From an uncultured delta proteobacterium (GTDB lineage Bacteria; Desulfobacterota; Desulfobacteria; Desulfobacterales; Desulfatirhabdiaceae), in NCBI GenBank assembly GCA_963789395.1, contig CAWBKP010000017.1:32001-96000 (forward strand): a stretch of DNA of 64,000 bases, given 5' to 3'. Of this stretch, positions 20,097 through 31,152 are shown piece after piece. The notes below the pieces were generated by a model. It searched no databases, was not told the origin of the DNA, and saw only the letters and a list, made by a program, of their open reading frames with translations. Each line of letters begins with the position of its first letter. Position 1 is the first letter of the stretch. The translations under genes and the position numbers were made by a program.

Positions 20097-20125
20097 TTGA
20101 CACCCACTGTAAATATCACTAAATT
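20097..20125 (+). promoter_or_regulatory. Sigma70-type promoter upstream of NIL-ferredoxin/mnmA
   Basis: TTGACA, 17 nt, TAAATT. Confidence 0.6.
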
Positions 20126-20169
20126 AACGAGTATTGATAAAAAAATAAAGAGATTTCCGGAGGTTCACG

Positions 20170-20598
20170 GTGTATTCGAAAATATTGATTCTGCGGTTTC
20201 CCAGAACCGAGGTCCAAAAACCCCTTGTCTGTTATCTGGTCAAGGACTATGATCTGATTTTTAACATACTGAATGCAGCCATTCTTCCGCGAAAAGAAGG
20301 CATCATGGTTCTGGAGTTGTCCGGATCCCGGAAAAATTTCAAGGAAGGCGTCAAGTTTTTAAAATCCCAGGGGGTTCAGGTTCAAAACGCTTCTCAGGAA
20401 GTCAAGCGGGACATGAATAAATGCACCCAGTGCGGGGCATGCACGGCGGTCTGCCCTACGGCCGCACTGCATATTGTGCGTCCGGAGATGTCTGTGGAAT
20501 TTGATGAAACCAAATGCAGCGTGTGTGAACTCTGTATTACGGCCTGCCCCACGCGGGCCATGGCTGCCCGGCCCACGGCCCAGACTTTTTTTGAATGA
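20170..20598 (+). CDS. NIL-domain 2x[4Fe-4S] ferredoxin protein
   Basis: FNILNAAI (NIL) plus CTQCGACTAVCP and CSVCELCITACP. Confidence 0.88.
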   Translation: MYSKILILRFPRTEVQKPLVCYLVKDYDLIFNILNAAILPRKEGIMVLELSGSRKNFKEGVKFLKSQGVQVQNASQEVKRDMNKCTQCGACTAVCPTAALHIVRPEMSVEFDETKCSVCELCITACPTRAMAARPTAQTFFE

Positions 20599-21668
20599 AG
20601 CCGGTAACTGCCGTTGCCTTGAGCGGCGGCGTTGATTCCCTGTTCGCGGCAGCACTCCTGATTCAACAGGGGTATCCGGTGGTCGGGATTCATTTTGTTA
20701 CCGGTTATGAAAACCCTGACAATCCTTCCCCCAAACAGCTTGCGGAAATGCTGGCTTCCCGGCTGGGCATCGATGTTTACCTGATGGATGCAGTTCAGCC
20801 GTTCCAGCAAACCGTTGTCGACTATTTTGTCCGGACGTATCTGTCTGGACTCACACCCAATCCCTGCATGGTCTGTAATCCCCTGATCAAGTTCGGAACT
20901 GTTCTGGATTACGCCCGGAGCATAGGCGCTTTCCGTCTGGCAACCGGTCATTATGCCAGGATTACATCGGATTTGAGTGGCACGATGCACCTGTTGAAGG
21001 GCATCGATCCGATAAAGGACCAGTCCTATTTTTTGTCTCGCATGACGCAGACACAACTGGCCCATGCCTGTTTTCCCCTGGGCGGCATGACCAAATTCCA
21101 AGTCATCCAACTGGCCGATGAGATGAAGCTTCAGCCGGTTCATCACGGGGAAAGCCAGGATATCTGCTTTATCACGGACCGGAAATATGGCGAATTTCTG
21201 GCCAATCAGGAAGGATTCGTTTCGCCTTCCGGGCCGATTATAACGGTTGCTGGAAAAATCATCGGCGAGCATCCGGGCCTGCATTTATTCACCATCGGCC
21301 AGCGCCGAGGCATCAACTGCCCTGCTGCGCAGCCCTACTATGTGGTCCGGCTGGATCGAAAGGCCAACGCCCTGGTGGTGGGATTTAAATCCGATCTGCT
21401 GGCTTCATCCTGCAGGGTGACGGGTATCAACTGGATTGTAGGTCCTCCGGAGTTTCCGGCAAGGGTATTCACCCGTGTCAGGTACCGTTCCCAAGCGGTT
21501 TGTTCAACGTTGTTTCAAATGGATCCGGATGGGGTGACGGTCGAATTTGACACCCCCCAACCGTCAGTCACGCCGGGGCAGGGGGCTGTTTTTTACCGGG
21601 AAGACGATGAGGTTATTGGCGGCGGGTGGATTTCCCATATTCCAGAACAGATCGCAGCAAGCAGTTGA
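20595..21668 (+). CDS. mnmA: tRNA 2-thiouridine(34) synthase
   Basis: SGGVDS, TPNPCMVCN, ATGHYA, KDQSYFL, ESQDICF, TIGQRRG, TPGQ. Confidence 0.96.
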   Translation: MKPVTAVALSGGVDSLFAAALLIQQGYPVVGIHFVTGYENPDNPSPKQLAEMLASRLGIDVYLMDAVQPFQQTVVDYFVRTYLSGLTPNPCMVCNPLIKFGTVLDYARSIGAFRLATGHYARITSDLSGTMHLLKGIDPIKDQSYFLSRMTQTQLAHACFPLGGMTKFQVIQLADEMKLQPVHHGESQDICFITDRKYGEFLANQEGFVSPSGPIITVAGKIIGEHPGLHLFTIGQRRGINCPAAQPYYVVRLDRKANALVVGFKSDLLASSCRVTGINWIVGPPEFPARVFTRVRYRSQAVCSTLFQMDPDGVTVEFDTPQPSVTPGQGAVFYREDDEVIGGGWISHIPEQIAASS

Positions 21669-21719
21669 ATGCGTTTTCTGCCTGCTGCGGGTTATCTGTC
21701 AACGAAAGAATAGGCCGGC

Positions 21720-22778
21720 TCACATCTTTCCCCGTTCCTTGGCGATGTTGATGTAGGTTTCAACAGTATTGGCAGGAGGGGTCCAGCGATCTTCAACTGC
21801 TTTTTCAACCAGGTGAATGGCCTCAAAACTGCAGGAGGTCACGCAAAGGCCGCAGCCGATGCAGCGCTCAATTTTTACCCTGGCAACGTCATCGACCTCA
21901 ATGGCCTTCATCTGGCAGCGCTCCTGGCAGATCCCGCATCCTGTGCAATCATCGGCAATGACTTCCGCAAAATAATTGCTGTGGACCGCTTTGGCCGGCG
22001 CATCCAGGGCGTTCAGGTTTTTCAGGATCTGACAGCAGCATCCGCAGCACAGGCAGATGTTGGTGGGTTTCTGGGAGTTTCCGGGCTGTAGGACAAGGCC
22101 TGCTTCCATGCCCTTTGCCAGAATTTCGAGGGCTTCGGACTGTCCGATGCTTCGTCCCAGACCGTTTTCTTCATAATAATAGGCCCCGCTTCCAAATGCC
22201 AGACAGACTTCAACCGGCCGGTCGCAGCCCTTGCCTGCCATTTTGTGTTCGGTTCGGCAGATGCATGGGGTGACTACGATTTTAGACTGTTTTTTGATAA
22301 TCTGCTCGGCTTCGTCATAAGGCATGGTGAGCATTTCCGCGGAAATGCTCTTTGAAATGGGAATGACACGTAGCTGCTTGGTTTTTGTTTCTGTCCATGC
22401 CTTGTTCATAAAGGAAGAAGAATATTCGTTAAAGTCCTTGATCAGGTCCAGATCCAGGCTTTTTACGTGGTATTCCCAGATGCCCACCACGAACTGGGCG
22501 GCCATGTAAAACGTCTGTCCGTGTTTGCCGGATCTGTAAATCAGTCCCTTGCGGGACATGTCATATAGAATTGGGGCAAGTTCTGCCTCGTCCATTTTCA
22601 ACCGTTCGGCAATGGCGGAAACCGTTTCCGGCATCATCACCAGACCTGCGGCGATTTCAGCTTCCCGGGGAGTAAACAGCCGTTTGAGTATCCGGAGCTC
22701 GACGCCGGTTTCGGTTGCCGGAAAACCGGCAGGAAGGTTGTCCAGATGTCGGGCAAGGTTTTTGTAAACGTCAGTCAT
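21720..22778 (-). CDS. HTH + multi-Cys 4Fe-4S binding protein
   Basis: CICR, ICLCCGCCC, two CxxCxxCxxxC ferredoxin motifs; paralog of 47312-48383. Confidence 0.85.
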   Translation of the reverse strand: MTDVYKNLARHLDNLPAGFPATETGVELRILKRLFTPREAEIAAGLVMMPETVSAIAERLKMDEAELAPILYDMSRKGLIYRSGKHGQTFYMAAQFVVGIWEYHVKSLDLDLIKDFNEYSSSFMNKAWTETKTKQLRVIPISKSISAEMLTMPYDEAEQIIKKQSKIVVTPCICRTEHKMAGKGCDRPVEVCLAFGSGAYYYEENGLGRSIGQSEALEILAKGMEAGLVLQPGNSQKPTNICLCCGCCCQILKNLNALDAPAKAVHSNYFAEVIADDCTGCGICQERCQMKAIEVDDVARVKIERCIGCGLCVTSCSFEAIHLVEKAVEDRWTPPANTVETYINIAKERGKM

Positions 22779-22800
22779 TAAGTCTCCTATCAAACCATTC

Positions 22801-24499
22801 TCATGCGTTCATTTCATAAGCTTCTTTCAGAGCATGGACCTGGTCTTTCCATATTTTTTCAAAACGGTCCGAATTGACCACCGGCTTTTGAATCATTTGC
22901 AGGCAAAGATCCATCTGCTTTTGCGTGCTGCTTGGCTTGGAGTAGAGCTGAAGCGCAAATTTGGAAAAATCCCTGACCATGAAATCAAAAATCTGATCGA
23001 CCATATCGTTTTCAACCGACTGAATGGCCGCGCTTTCAAGGATCAGCTGGCCATAAGCCACCAGGGTGAAGAGTTCGCCGACGATCAGCAGAAAATCGAT
23101 GTCCTTGGCCTGTTCCGCGCTGGGCGTTGCGGTTGCCAGAAAGGTTTTGAGCACGTTGATCTGGGCCTTGAAGATGTCGATGTTGGGAAGATTCAGGCTC
23201 CTGTAAGCAATCTCAAAATCATGGAACCGGATCTTCCCCAGTCCTTTGGTGGGGCCTTGATGGAACAGAAAATCGTCATTGACCGGATCCGTTCTTCTTG
23301 GAATTTCCGGAAAGACATCGGGGTTAAAGAAGAAATTGGGCATGAATTTGATGATAAGTGCCATATTCACATGAACCGTGCCTTCCAGCTTCGGAAGGGC
23401 GCGAATGTCTCTGGCCGCCATCTCAAAATACATGTCTTTTTCAAAGCCTTTAGCGGCAATCACGTCCCAGAGCAGGTTGATCACTTCTTCCCCTTGCGTG
23501 GTCACCTTCATCTTGACCATGGGATTGTAGAGCAGATAGCGCCGGTCCGTTGCCGAAGCGCTTCGCATATAGTCTGCGGCCCTTGCAGCAAAGAGCTTCA
23601 TGGCCAGAAGGCGCGCATAGGCGTCTGTAAACAGCTGTTTGACATGCGGAAAATCCGTAACTAAATGGTTGAACAGCCTCCGGTTTGCGGCATGGCGAAT
23701 GGCTTCATAGAAGGCGTGGGTGCAGATGCCGATGGAAGCCCAGCCGAGATTGAATTTGCCGACATTGATGGTGTTTAAAGACGAATCCCAGGCCTGCTGG
23801 CCCCGGGTGAGAATATCGCCATCGGTGATGGGATAGCTGTGCAGGGCGTACTGGGCCACATAATTCTGGGAATTCACCACATTTTTAACGCACTCATAAT
23901 TGGGGTGCTGTGAATTTACGGCAAAAAACACGTATTCGTCACTGTCCGCCATTTTTCCGAATGTTGAAACCAGGGCGGCCTCGTTGGCGTTTCCGATATA
24001 ATACTTGCCGCCGTCCGCCCGGTATTCGCCGTCTTTAATTTCGGTAAGGGTCATTTCGCTGGCATACAGGTCTGCGCCGTGTTCTTTTTCGGAAAGACCG
24101 AAGGCAAAGATTTCGCCGTCCTTTAAGAGCTGGGCGGTTTTTTGTTTGACGGCTTCATTCTGGCCCATCCAGATCGGGCCGAGTCCCAGAATGGTAACCT
24201 GCCAGGTGTACCAGTACGGCAGCCCATAAAACCCCAGTATCTCGCTGAAATCGCAGTTCCGGGCCGTATCCCAGCGGCAGTCTTTTCCGCCGTAGGCAGT
24301 CGGGGTCAGCAGCTGACGAAAATATCCGGTTTTCTTTTAAAAAATCCAGAAAATCCCTGTACCATACCCGCTCATGATCATCGTGTTTCAGCCGGGCCTT
24401 TCCTTTATTTTCAAAAAAAGCAATGGTCTGAAGCATGATTTGACGCGAGGGCTCGTCAAGATGTTCAAATTTTTCTGATTTTGGATTTAACAGTTTCAT
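22801..24499 (-). CDS. Acyl-CoA dehydrogenase (frameshifts ~24170 and ~24300)
   Basis: MKLLNPK..., FGLSEKEHGADLY, GGKYYIGN, LPKLEGTVHVN. Confidence 0.88.
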
Positions 24500-24529
24500 G
24501 TAGGTCTTTACCCCTCAGGTTGTGCCGGA

Positions 24530-25054
24530 TTATCTGCGAATGGTCACCTTGTTCATGACAACCGGCGTTACCGGACGATCCATGGGGCCGGTTTGAACCG
24601 AGCCGATTTTCCGGACAACATCCATGCCGCTGATGATTTTGCCAAAAACCGTATGGCGGTTGTTCAGGTGCGGGGTGGGGGCAAGGGTGATGAAAAACTG
24701 GCTGCCGTTGGTGCCGGGGCCTGCATTGGCCATTGACAGAACGCCTTCGCCATCGTGAATCAGGGTGGGATGGAATTCATCTTTAAACCGGTAGCCGGGC
24801 CCGCCGGTTCCGGTTCCCAGGGGGCATCCGCCTTGAATCATGAAACCTTCGATGACCCGGTGAAACGAAAGCCCATCATAAAAATTGCCTTTCCGGTCGG
24901 TTTCCTGCCGGCCTTCGGTCAGGTTGATAAAATTCCAGACAGTCTCCGGGCATTCACTTGCATAGAGTTCGGCTTCAAAATTCCCCAGCGTGGTTTCAAA
25001 CACTGCGATGGGGCGTGAAATGTCTTCCTTGTGCATATTTTTGGTGATAGCCAT
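24530..25054 (-). CDS. Cyclophilin-type peptidyl-prolyl isomerase
   Basis: FHRVIEGFMIQGG, LSMANAGPGTNGSQFFIT, HTVFG. Confidence 0.96.
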   Translation of the reverse strand: MAITKNMHKEDISRPIAVFETTLGNFEAELYASECPETVWNFINLTEGRQETDRKGNFYDGLSFHRVIEGFMIQGGCPLGTGTGGPGYRFKDEFHPTLIHDGEGVLSMANAGPGTNGSQFFITLAPTPHLNNRHTVFGKIISGMDVVRKIGSVQTGPMDRPVTPVVMNKVTIRR

Positions 25055-25320
25055 GAATTTCTCCTGATTGATTATAGATTATAGACAGAACATCTTGCTT
25101 CCGATGGTAATTTAATGGGTTTTCCCCATAAAGGCAAGAGGGGAAAGTCGACTTCAGATCAAACTTAATGATGGCATACACGTGTTTCCGGTGCCGGCTT
25201 TAAGAATAATCCGGCAAGAAAAAAGATTTTTTTATTGTTTCATTGATTGATTAACGATATGGATCCAGGTGAAATATAGTCCTAATCTGCTGAATTCAAG
25301 GCCATTGGGGGCTTATTACA

Positions 25321-27318
25321 ATGAAAAGCCATCATGACACTGTCCTGCCCGCCGAGATGGCGGATCCCGATTCAATGGATGTCAATCCATTCACCCTGGC
25401 ATTTGCAAGCGATCTTGAAGCGCAGTTTCAAGTCGACTACTACAACAAATCATTGCCGCTGGTTCGACTGTCTCTGGTTGCGGGCATTGTTTTATACGGT
25501 CTGTTCGGCATACTGGACTCCGAGCTCATTCCTTCCATGAAGGAAATTCTCTGGACGATCCGATTTGCAGTGATCTGCCCATTTTTGATGGGTCTGATCG
25601 GGCTCTCCTATTCATCTCAATTCAGCAGATACTTCCAAATGGCCATGTGTACGGGAATGGTGATATCCGGCGTGGGCATCATCATCATGATTTCGATAAT
25701 TCCTTCGCCAGTGAATAACTTCTATTATGCGGGCCTGATCCTGATTTTTATATGGGGGTATACCTTTACCAGGGTACGTTTTGTCTGGGCTACGGTGGCC
25801 GGCTGGATTATTGTGGCATTGTATGAAATTGTCGCCATCTGGATCAATGATACGCCGCGGCCGGTATTGATCAGTAACAATTTTTTCTTCATAAGCGCCA
25901 ATTTTGCCGGCATGCTCTCCAGTTACTATATCGAATATTACTGCCGCAGGGATTTTTATCTTGCGTTTCTGCTGGAGCGGGAACAGGAAAATATCGCTGC
26001 CGCCAATCGTGCACTTGAAAGAATTGTTGCGGAGCGGACTGCCGAGTTAAGCGAAACCAACCGGAATTTGCGCCAGGAGATTGCAGAAAAAAGACAGGCT
26101 GAAGAAAAAAAGGCGGAACTTGAGAATCAGCTCCAGCATGCTCAAAAAATGGAAGCCATCGGCACCCTTGCAGGAGGTATTGCACATGATTTCAATAATT
26201 TACTTATGTCAATTCAGGGCTATACATCGCTGATGCTTATGGATTCCGGTGTCAGCCAGATCCAACGTGACAAGCTGAAGCATATCGAGCAATCGGTTCA
26301 CAGGGGTTCGGAGCTGACCAAGCAATTGCTGGGTTTTGCACGTGGAGGAAAATATGAAGTCAGGCCCACCAATATCAATGAACTTGTCGATAAGAGTTCC
26401 CAGCTCTTCGGGCGCACGAAAAAGGAAATATCAATTACCAGCAGATATGATCCGAATATCTGGATTGTAGAAGTTGATCAGGGGCAAATTGAGCGCGTGA
26501 TGTTGAATCTGTATCTCAACGCATTGCAGGCAATGCCGGCAGGAGGGCGTCTGTTGCTTGAAACCAGTAATGTCGTTCTTGATAATGATTCGGCGAGTAG
26601 GTGCCGCATGGTGCCTGGAAAATATGTAAAAATCAGCGTTTCAGATACGGGAATCGGTATGGATGAGCGGACAAGGGAAAGGGTTTTTGAGCCGTTTTTC
26701 ACCACCAAGGAAATGGGAAGGGGCACAGGCCTTGGGTTGGCGTCCGCCTATGGTATCGTGAAATCCCATGGCGGACTGATTGATGTTGAAAGCCGGGTCG
26801 GGCAGGGTTCAACCTTCAATATTTATTTGCCTGCTTCAGAGAAGACGGCGGTCAGTGAAATCTCGACATCTGCGGCACTGCTCAAGGGCGATGAAACCAT
26901 TCTTCTCGTAGATGACGAAGAACCGGTACTTGATGTGGGAATCGAGATACTTCAATGGCTGGGTTATACGGTTTTTCCTGCGCGATGCGGAAAGGAAGCC
27001 ATATCCATACTGAAGGGAAGTAACGTTAAAATCGACCTGGTAATTCTGGATATGATCATGCCTGAGATGGGCGGTGGTAAAACCTTTGATGCGATAAAAC
27101 AGTTGTGTCCCGGGCAGAAGGTCCTGCTTTCCAGCGGCTACAGCATATCCGGCGAGGCCAGACAGATCCTGGGCCGGGGATGTAACGGATTTATCCAAAA
27201 ACCTTTTGGTATCGAGACACTTTCCTGTAAAATTCGGGAAATACTGGATTCCGTTTCATCATCATCAGCAGCAGCAGATTGCGCTGCCGGATCCAATGAA
27301 AAGGATCTGCGGGAATGA
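25321..27318 (+). CDS. Hybrid sensor histidine kinase (about 6 TM, HisKA, HATPase, receiver)
   Basis: [50 protein letters not shown]. Confidence 0.95.
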   Translation: MKSHHDTVLPAEMADPDSMDVNPFTLAFASDLEAQFQVDYYNKSLPLVRLSLVAGIVLYGLFGILDSELIPSMKEILWTIRFAVICPFLMGLIGLSYSSQFSRYFQMAMCTGMVISGVGIIIMISIIPSPVNNFYYAGLILIFIWGYTFTRVRFVWATVAGWIIVALYEIVAIWINDTPRPVLISNNFFFISANFAGMLSSYYIEYYCRRDFYLAFLLEREQENIAAANRALERIVAERTAELSETNRNLRQEIAEKRQAEEKKAELENQLQHAQKMEAIGTLAGGIAHDFNNLLMSIQGYTSLMLMDSGVSQIQRDKLKHIEQSVHRGSELTKQLLGFARGGKYEVRPTNINELVDKSSQLFGRTKKEISITSRYDPNIWIVEVDQGQIERVMLNLYLNALQAMPAGGRLLLETSNVVLDNDSASRCRMVPGKYVKISVSDTGIGMDERTRERVFEPFFTTKEMGRGTGLGLASAYGIVKSHGGLIDVESRVGQGSTFNIYLPASEKTAVSEISTSAALLKGDETILLVDDEEPVLDVGIEILQWLGYTVFPARCGKEAISILKGSNVKIDLVILDMIMPEMGGGKTFDAIKQLCPGQKVLLSSGYSISGEARQILGRGCNGFIQKPFGIETLSCKIREILDSVSSSSAAADCAAGSNEKDLRE

Positions 27319-28424
27319 ATATCGCAAAAGCGTTTAAAGAGCATTTCGAAGAGCTTCAGGAAAGACATGTGCTGCTTAGAGAGCAACTTAACGTCTGCTC
27401 TGCCACCGGAGAAGAACTTGAAAGCATTTTGTCCGCGGAAATTCAAAAATATGAGGGGTGGCGCCATGCGCTGATGGATCAATTGGGGCAGATCTCTTCC
27501 GATTTTAATCAGAAAGACAAAAATCTCCATAAAGCATATGTTCGTCAAACGACTTATCATCAAATCGTCCAGGAAGCTCCCTTTTATTGGCGAATCATCA
27601 ATAAGCCCAATGGATATGCAGGCGATGCCTTTTTGATGGACTTCATCTACCGGAATCGGTTCGAAGGAAAAACGCCATTTGGAAAAATGCTGCATAAAAA
27701 CGCTTTGGCCAGCAAGGCTTGTCAGGCTGTCAGAAACCGAAAGGCTTTTTTGAAAGAACAGATTTTGAAAACTGGATCCGGCAAAGTACTCAGTTTGGCT
27801 GCAGGTTCCGCAGAAGAGATCAGAGAAATCCTGAACGGATCTGCTGGGGAAAAATTCTATTTTCATGCCCTGGATCATGATATGGACACCATGACCGCTT
27901 TTCAGGAAATGCCGAAGAAGGGGCGGTTCGAATATTTTCTGGCAAATGCATTTCAAATAACCTCCAAAGCATACAATCTGGCCAGCCCCAGACCCATGTT
28001 TTCGTCATACTGTCATCCGAGAAGGGATTTTCGGGGGTGGCGGCGTCTTTTTATCCATATGAAATACAAACTGGATTCTTTAAAGATCGAGGACTATGAC
28101 CTTATTTACAGCGCGGGACTCTACGATTATGTCAAAACATTTATGTTGAACGCTTCCAGGGGAACCATTGCCCTGACCCGTAATCTGTTCGTCGATCTGT
28201 TAAAACCGGGCGGAATGCTCATCGTCGGGAACTTCAGCCACAATAACCCCAGGGACGTTCGTTTTGCCATGGAGTATATTTATGATTGGAATTTGATCTA
28301 CCGCAGTAAAGATGAGATATTCGATTTTGTCAGGGATATACCCAAAAAACAGATTCAGGAGATGGAGTTGTTGGAAGAGCCTCTGGGAATTAATTATTTT
28401 TTAAAAGTCGTCAAGAAGGGATGA
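27315..28424 (+). CDS. Class I SAM-dependent methyltransferase, PhcB-like
   Basis: KPNGYAGD, AVRNR, LSLAAGSAEE, DLIYSAGLYDY, LKPGGMLIVGN, DWNLIYR; ATGA overlap with the kinase. Confidence 0.75.
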   Translation: MNIAKAFKEHFEELQERHVLLREQLNVCSATGEELESILSAEIQKYEGWRHALMDQLGQISSDFNQKDKNLHKAYVRQTTYHQIVQEAPFYWRIINKPNGYAGDAFLMDFIYRNRFEGKTPFGKMLHKNALASKACQAVRNRKAFLKEQILKTGSGKVLSLAAGSAEEIREILNGSAGEKFYFHALDHDMDTMTAFQEMPKKGRFEYFLANAFQITSKAYNLASPRPMFSSYCHPRRDFRGWRRLFIHMKYKLDSLKIEDYDLIYSAGLYDYVKTFMLNASRGTIALTRNLFVDLLKPGGMLIVGNFSHNNPRDVRFAMEYIYDWNLIYRSKDEIFDFVRDIPKKQIQEMELLEEPLGINYFLKVVKKG

Positions 28425-28449
28425 ATACCAGGCTTTTCGACCCCGTTGT

Positions 28450-28857
28450 TCAGACCCATCCTGGAGTTTGGATCGGTCCGGTCTGCCCGTAGGGAATGTA
28501 ACATTTGATATCGATCAGCGGAGAGCCATCGCGGGCGTCCATATCTTCTACTTCGATGATCGTGTCCTGAATGGACAAGATGCGGCAGAGGGTCAGGGCA
28601 ATGAGATTGGGCCGCATGGGCGAATGCGTGGCAAAGACGCCGGTTATGGGATTGCTCGGATCTTTTCGGGGGTGCACCTGAAGGGTGCCGCGCAACGCCG
28701 GGGTATCGTTTTCATGAAACCAGTACATGACATGGATGTGTGAAAATCCTTCCAGACCCAAAAGGGCATCTTTGTAGCAGGGGTCGATTTCCATCCAAGT
28801 TCTCTCACCGTCTTTTCGAATGACGCCGATGGGCTTGACAGTATAGGTATTTTCCAT
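28450..28857 (-). CDS. trmO: tRNA (N6-threonylcarbamoyladenosine(37)-N6)-methyltransferase TrmO/TsaA family
   Basis: GLEGFSH, GVFATHSPMRPN, DGSPLIDIK. Confidence 0.88.
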   Translation of the reverse strand: MENTYTVKPIGVIRKDGERTWMEIDPCYKDALLGLEGFSHIHVMYWFHENDTPALRGTLQVHPRKDPSNPITGVFATHSPMRPNLIALTLCRILSIQDTIIEVEDMDARDGSPLIDIKCYIPYGQTGPIQTPGWV

Positions 28858-29042
28858 TTTGCACTCCTGGTGAGGGGTTTGCTGAGTCATTTTAACTGTC
28901 TTGTCTTCTTATATCCGTTATTTCTTGGGATCAACATAAAATATCCCGCTATCTTTCAATCCTTGAAATCCGGGTGTTGTGCCCGGCAAAAAAGATAACA
29001 ATGATTTTTCAACTTAAAAATCGCATCTGAAAACAAATAAAC

Positions 29043-29943
29043 ATGAAACTTCGGGCGGCAATTATTATTTTTGATTTTGTTCATGATTTCCTGTATTCAT
29101 GACCAAAGCTGGCTGGACAACAAGCCAATCCGGAACGGTGCAGGAAGCTTTATCTTCAGAGACAGGAAGGGCAATCCGGAAAAACCGGTGACTGTATGGT
29201 ATTATCAGCCATCAGGCCTTTCTTCCGAGTCACCGCTGGTATTTGTCATGCACGATGCCAAGCGGGACGCGCAGCTGTATCGGGACGAATGGGCGGAATA
29301 TGCCGAGCATGCAGGCTTTCTGCTGATTGTGCCGGAATTTTCTCATAAGTATTATCCCGGTATAAGAGAATATAACGAAGGCAACCTCTTTGATAAAAAG
29401 GGAAACCCCATTCCGGAAAATGACCGCGCTTTCACGGTAATTGAGCATTTGTTTGACTTTGTTAAGGAGGCGACGCAGAATCGGAATCTGTCGTACGATA
29501 TTTATGGCCATTCCGCAGGCGGGCAGTTTGTTCAGCGGATGATTCTGTTCAAGACGGATGCCCGCATTCGAACAGCCATTGCAGCAAATCCGGGCGTATA
29601 TGCAATGGCGAGCTTTTCTGAAAAATATCCCTACGGCATCAGAAACTCAGGTGTGATTCCTGAAGAACTGAGGGCTGCATTCAAAAGGAAGTTTATCCTG
29701 CTACTTGGTGAAAAGGATGTGGTGGCGGACGATGCGTGTCCTGCCAGTTCGCCTGAAGTCCGGGCGCAGGGAGATTCCTGTTTTGAACGGGGAATGAATT
29801 TTTATGCTTCTGCAAAACATGAAGCATCCCGGCTGGGCATGATATTTAACTGGCAATTGAAAATACTTCCCGGCGCAGCCCACCAGGATGCGCAATTGGC
29901 GCAAACTGCGCAACAGCTGTTTTTTCCCGTGGGAAAGGATTGA
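29043..29943 (+). CDS. Probable lipoprotein alpha/beta hydrolase (esterase); likely frameshift in the T-run ~29068-29072
   Basis: GHSAGGQF nucleophile elbow, ANPG.Y, LLGEKD, GAAH; MKLRAAIIIF.. joins LILFMISC (lipobox-like). Confidence 0.75.
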
Positions 29944-30242
29944 TAACACAGCAGGCTTTAAGTCCTTTAGCGCAAGGAGCGTCCGGATATGCTATCATAA
30001 GATTGTGAAGGCAAATCGGAATAAGGAGACAGGATAAGATGAAAAAGATGATCTGGATAATTTTGGCGATTGCCATTGGATTCAGCGGCTGTCTGAGTTT
30101 TGCGCCGGCAGGCCCGAATGAAAATCGATCCTGGGACGGTCTCCATGATCCGAACCTGAGAAGGGGGAATCATTAGCCGACGGGAATGCCGGCAGTTCGA
30201 CAGCCAGACGGACAAATTCCATCCGGAGTCTGCCCGGGGGCT

Positions 30243-31040
30243 TTATCCGGATGCCACCAGCAGACAGAATATTCCTGCCGCAAGTATCATGCGATACCAG
30301 CCAAAGACAATGAAAGTGTGGGTTTGAATGTAGTTCAGAAGCCATTTGACCGTGATAAACGAAATCATCGCGGACACGATAAATCCAAGCAGCAGCAACC
30401 CCCAGTTTTCATGAGCAGCGCCGGGCTGCAAATGGCGCAGTGCCTGAAAAATCTTTAGACCACCGGCAGCCAGCATGGTCGGAATGCCGACAAGAAAGGA
30501 AAACTCCGTAGCAGCCGGCCGGCTCAGGCCCGTCATCAGCATCAGCAGAATGGTTACGCCTGAACGGGATGCTCCCGGAAACACGGCTGCTACCAACTGC
30601 CCGATGCCCACAAGCACCGCGACGGCCCAGGTAACCGATCCCTTCGGTCTTTTTCCGCGCAGCCATTTTTCTATGATCAGAAATCCGATTCCGCCTATCA
30701 GCATTGCCCAGGCAACCGGCCCGAGTTTTTCCGGCAGTTTGAATCCGGCCTTTGTCAACAGGAGGCCACCGATGCCGGTGATGACGAATGCGGTCAGAAT
30801 CTTGAATGCATAATCCCGGGTGGATTTTCGCCGCCACTGAAATGCAAATTGATGCAGGCGCTCGGGAAAGAGCGGCAGAACGGCAATGACAGCGCCGCTT
30901 TGAATAACGATGTTGAACAGATCGCTCTGACGTGGCAACCAGTGCTCAGCGATGAGCAGGTGGGCAGTCGAGGATATCGGCAGAAACTCTGTGATCCCCT
31001 CGATAATTCCGAGGATAATGATGGCAACCCATTCTGGCAT
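30243..31040 (-). CDS. uppP: Undecaprenyl-diphosphate phosphatase
   Basis: EGITEFLPISSTAH, PGASRSG, FGWYR. Confidence 0.95.
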   Translation of the reverse strand: MPEWVAIIILGIIEGITEFLPISSTAHLLIAEHWLPRQSDLFNIVIQSGAVIAVLPLFPERLHQFAFQWRRKSTRDYAFKILTAFVITGIGGLLLTKAGFKLPEKLGPVAWAMLIGGIGFLIIEKWLRGKRPKGSVTWAVAVLVGIGQLVAAVFPGASRSGVTILLMLMTGLSRPAATEFSFLVGIPTMLAAGGLKIFQALRHLQPGAAHENWGLLLLGFIVSAMISFITVKWLLNYIQTHTFIVFGWYRMILAAGIFCLLVASG

Positions 31041-31152
31041 GCATGCCTTAAACCCGATTATCGTAAGCTTGTCAAGAAACAAAATAATCCTGGCGTAAGT
31101 TTTGTATTACTGAGAGGCAAGGTCTTCAGGGGAGTGGCCGGAGACGGGCTTT

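Noticed and set aside
29846..30215. Short minus-strand ORFs between the esterase and uppP
   Set aside because: No recognisable family, weak starts, mutually overlapping frames
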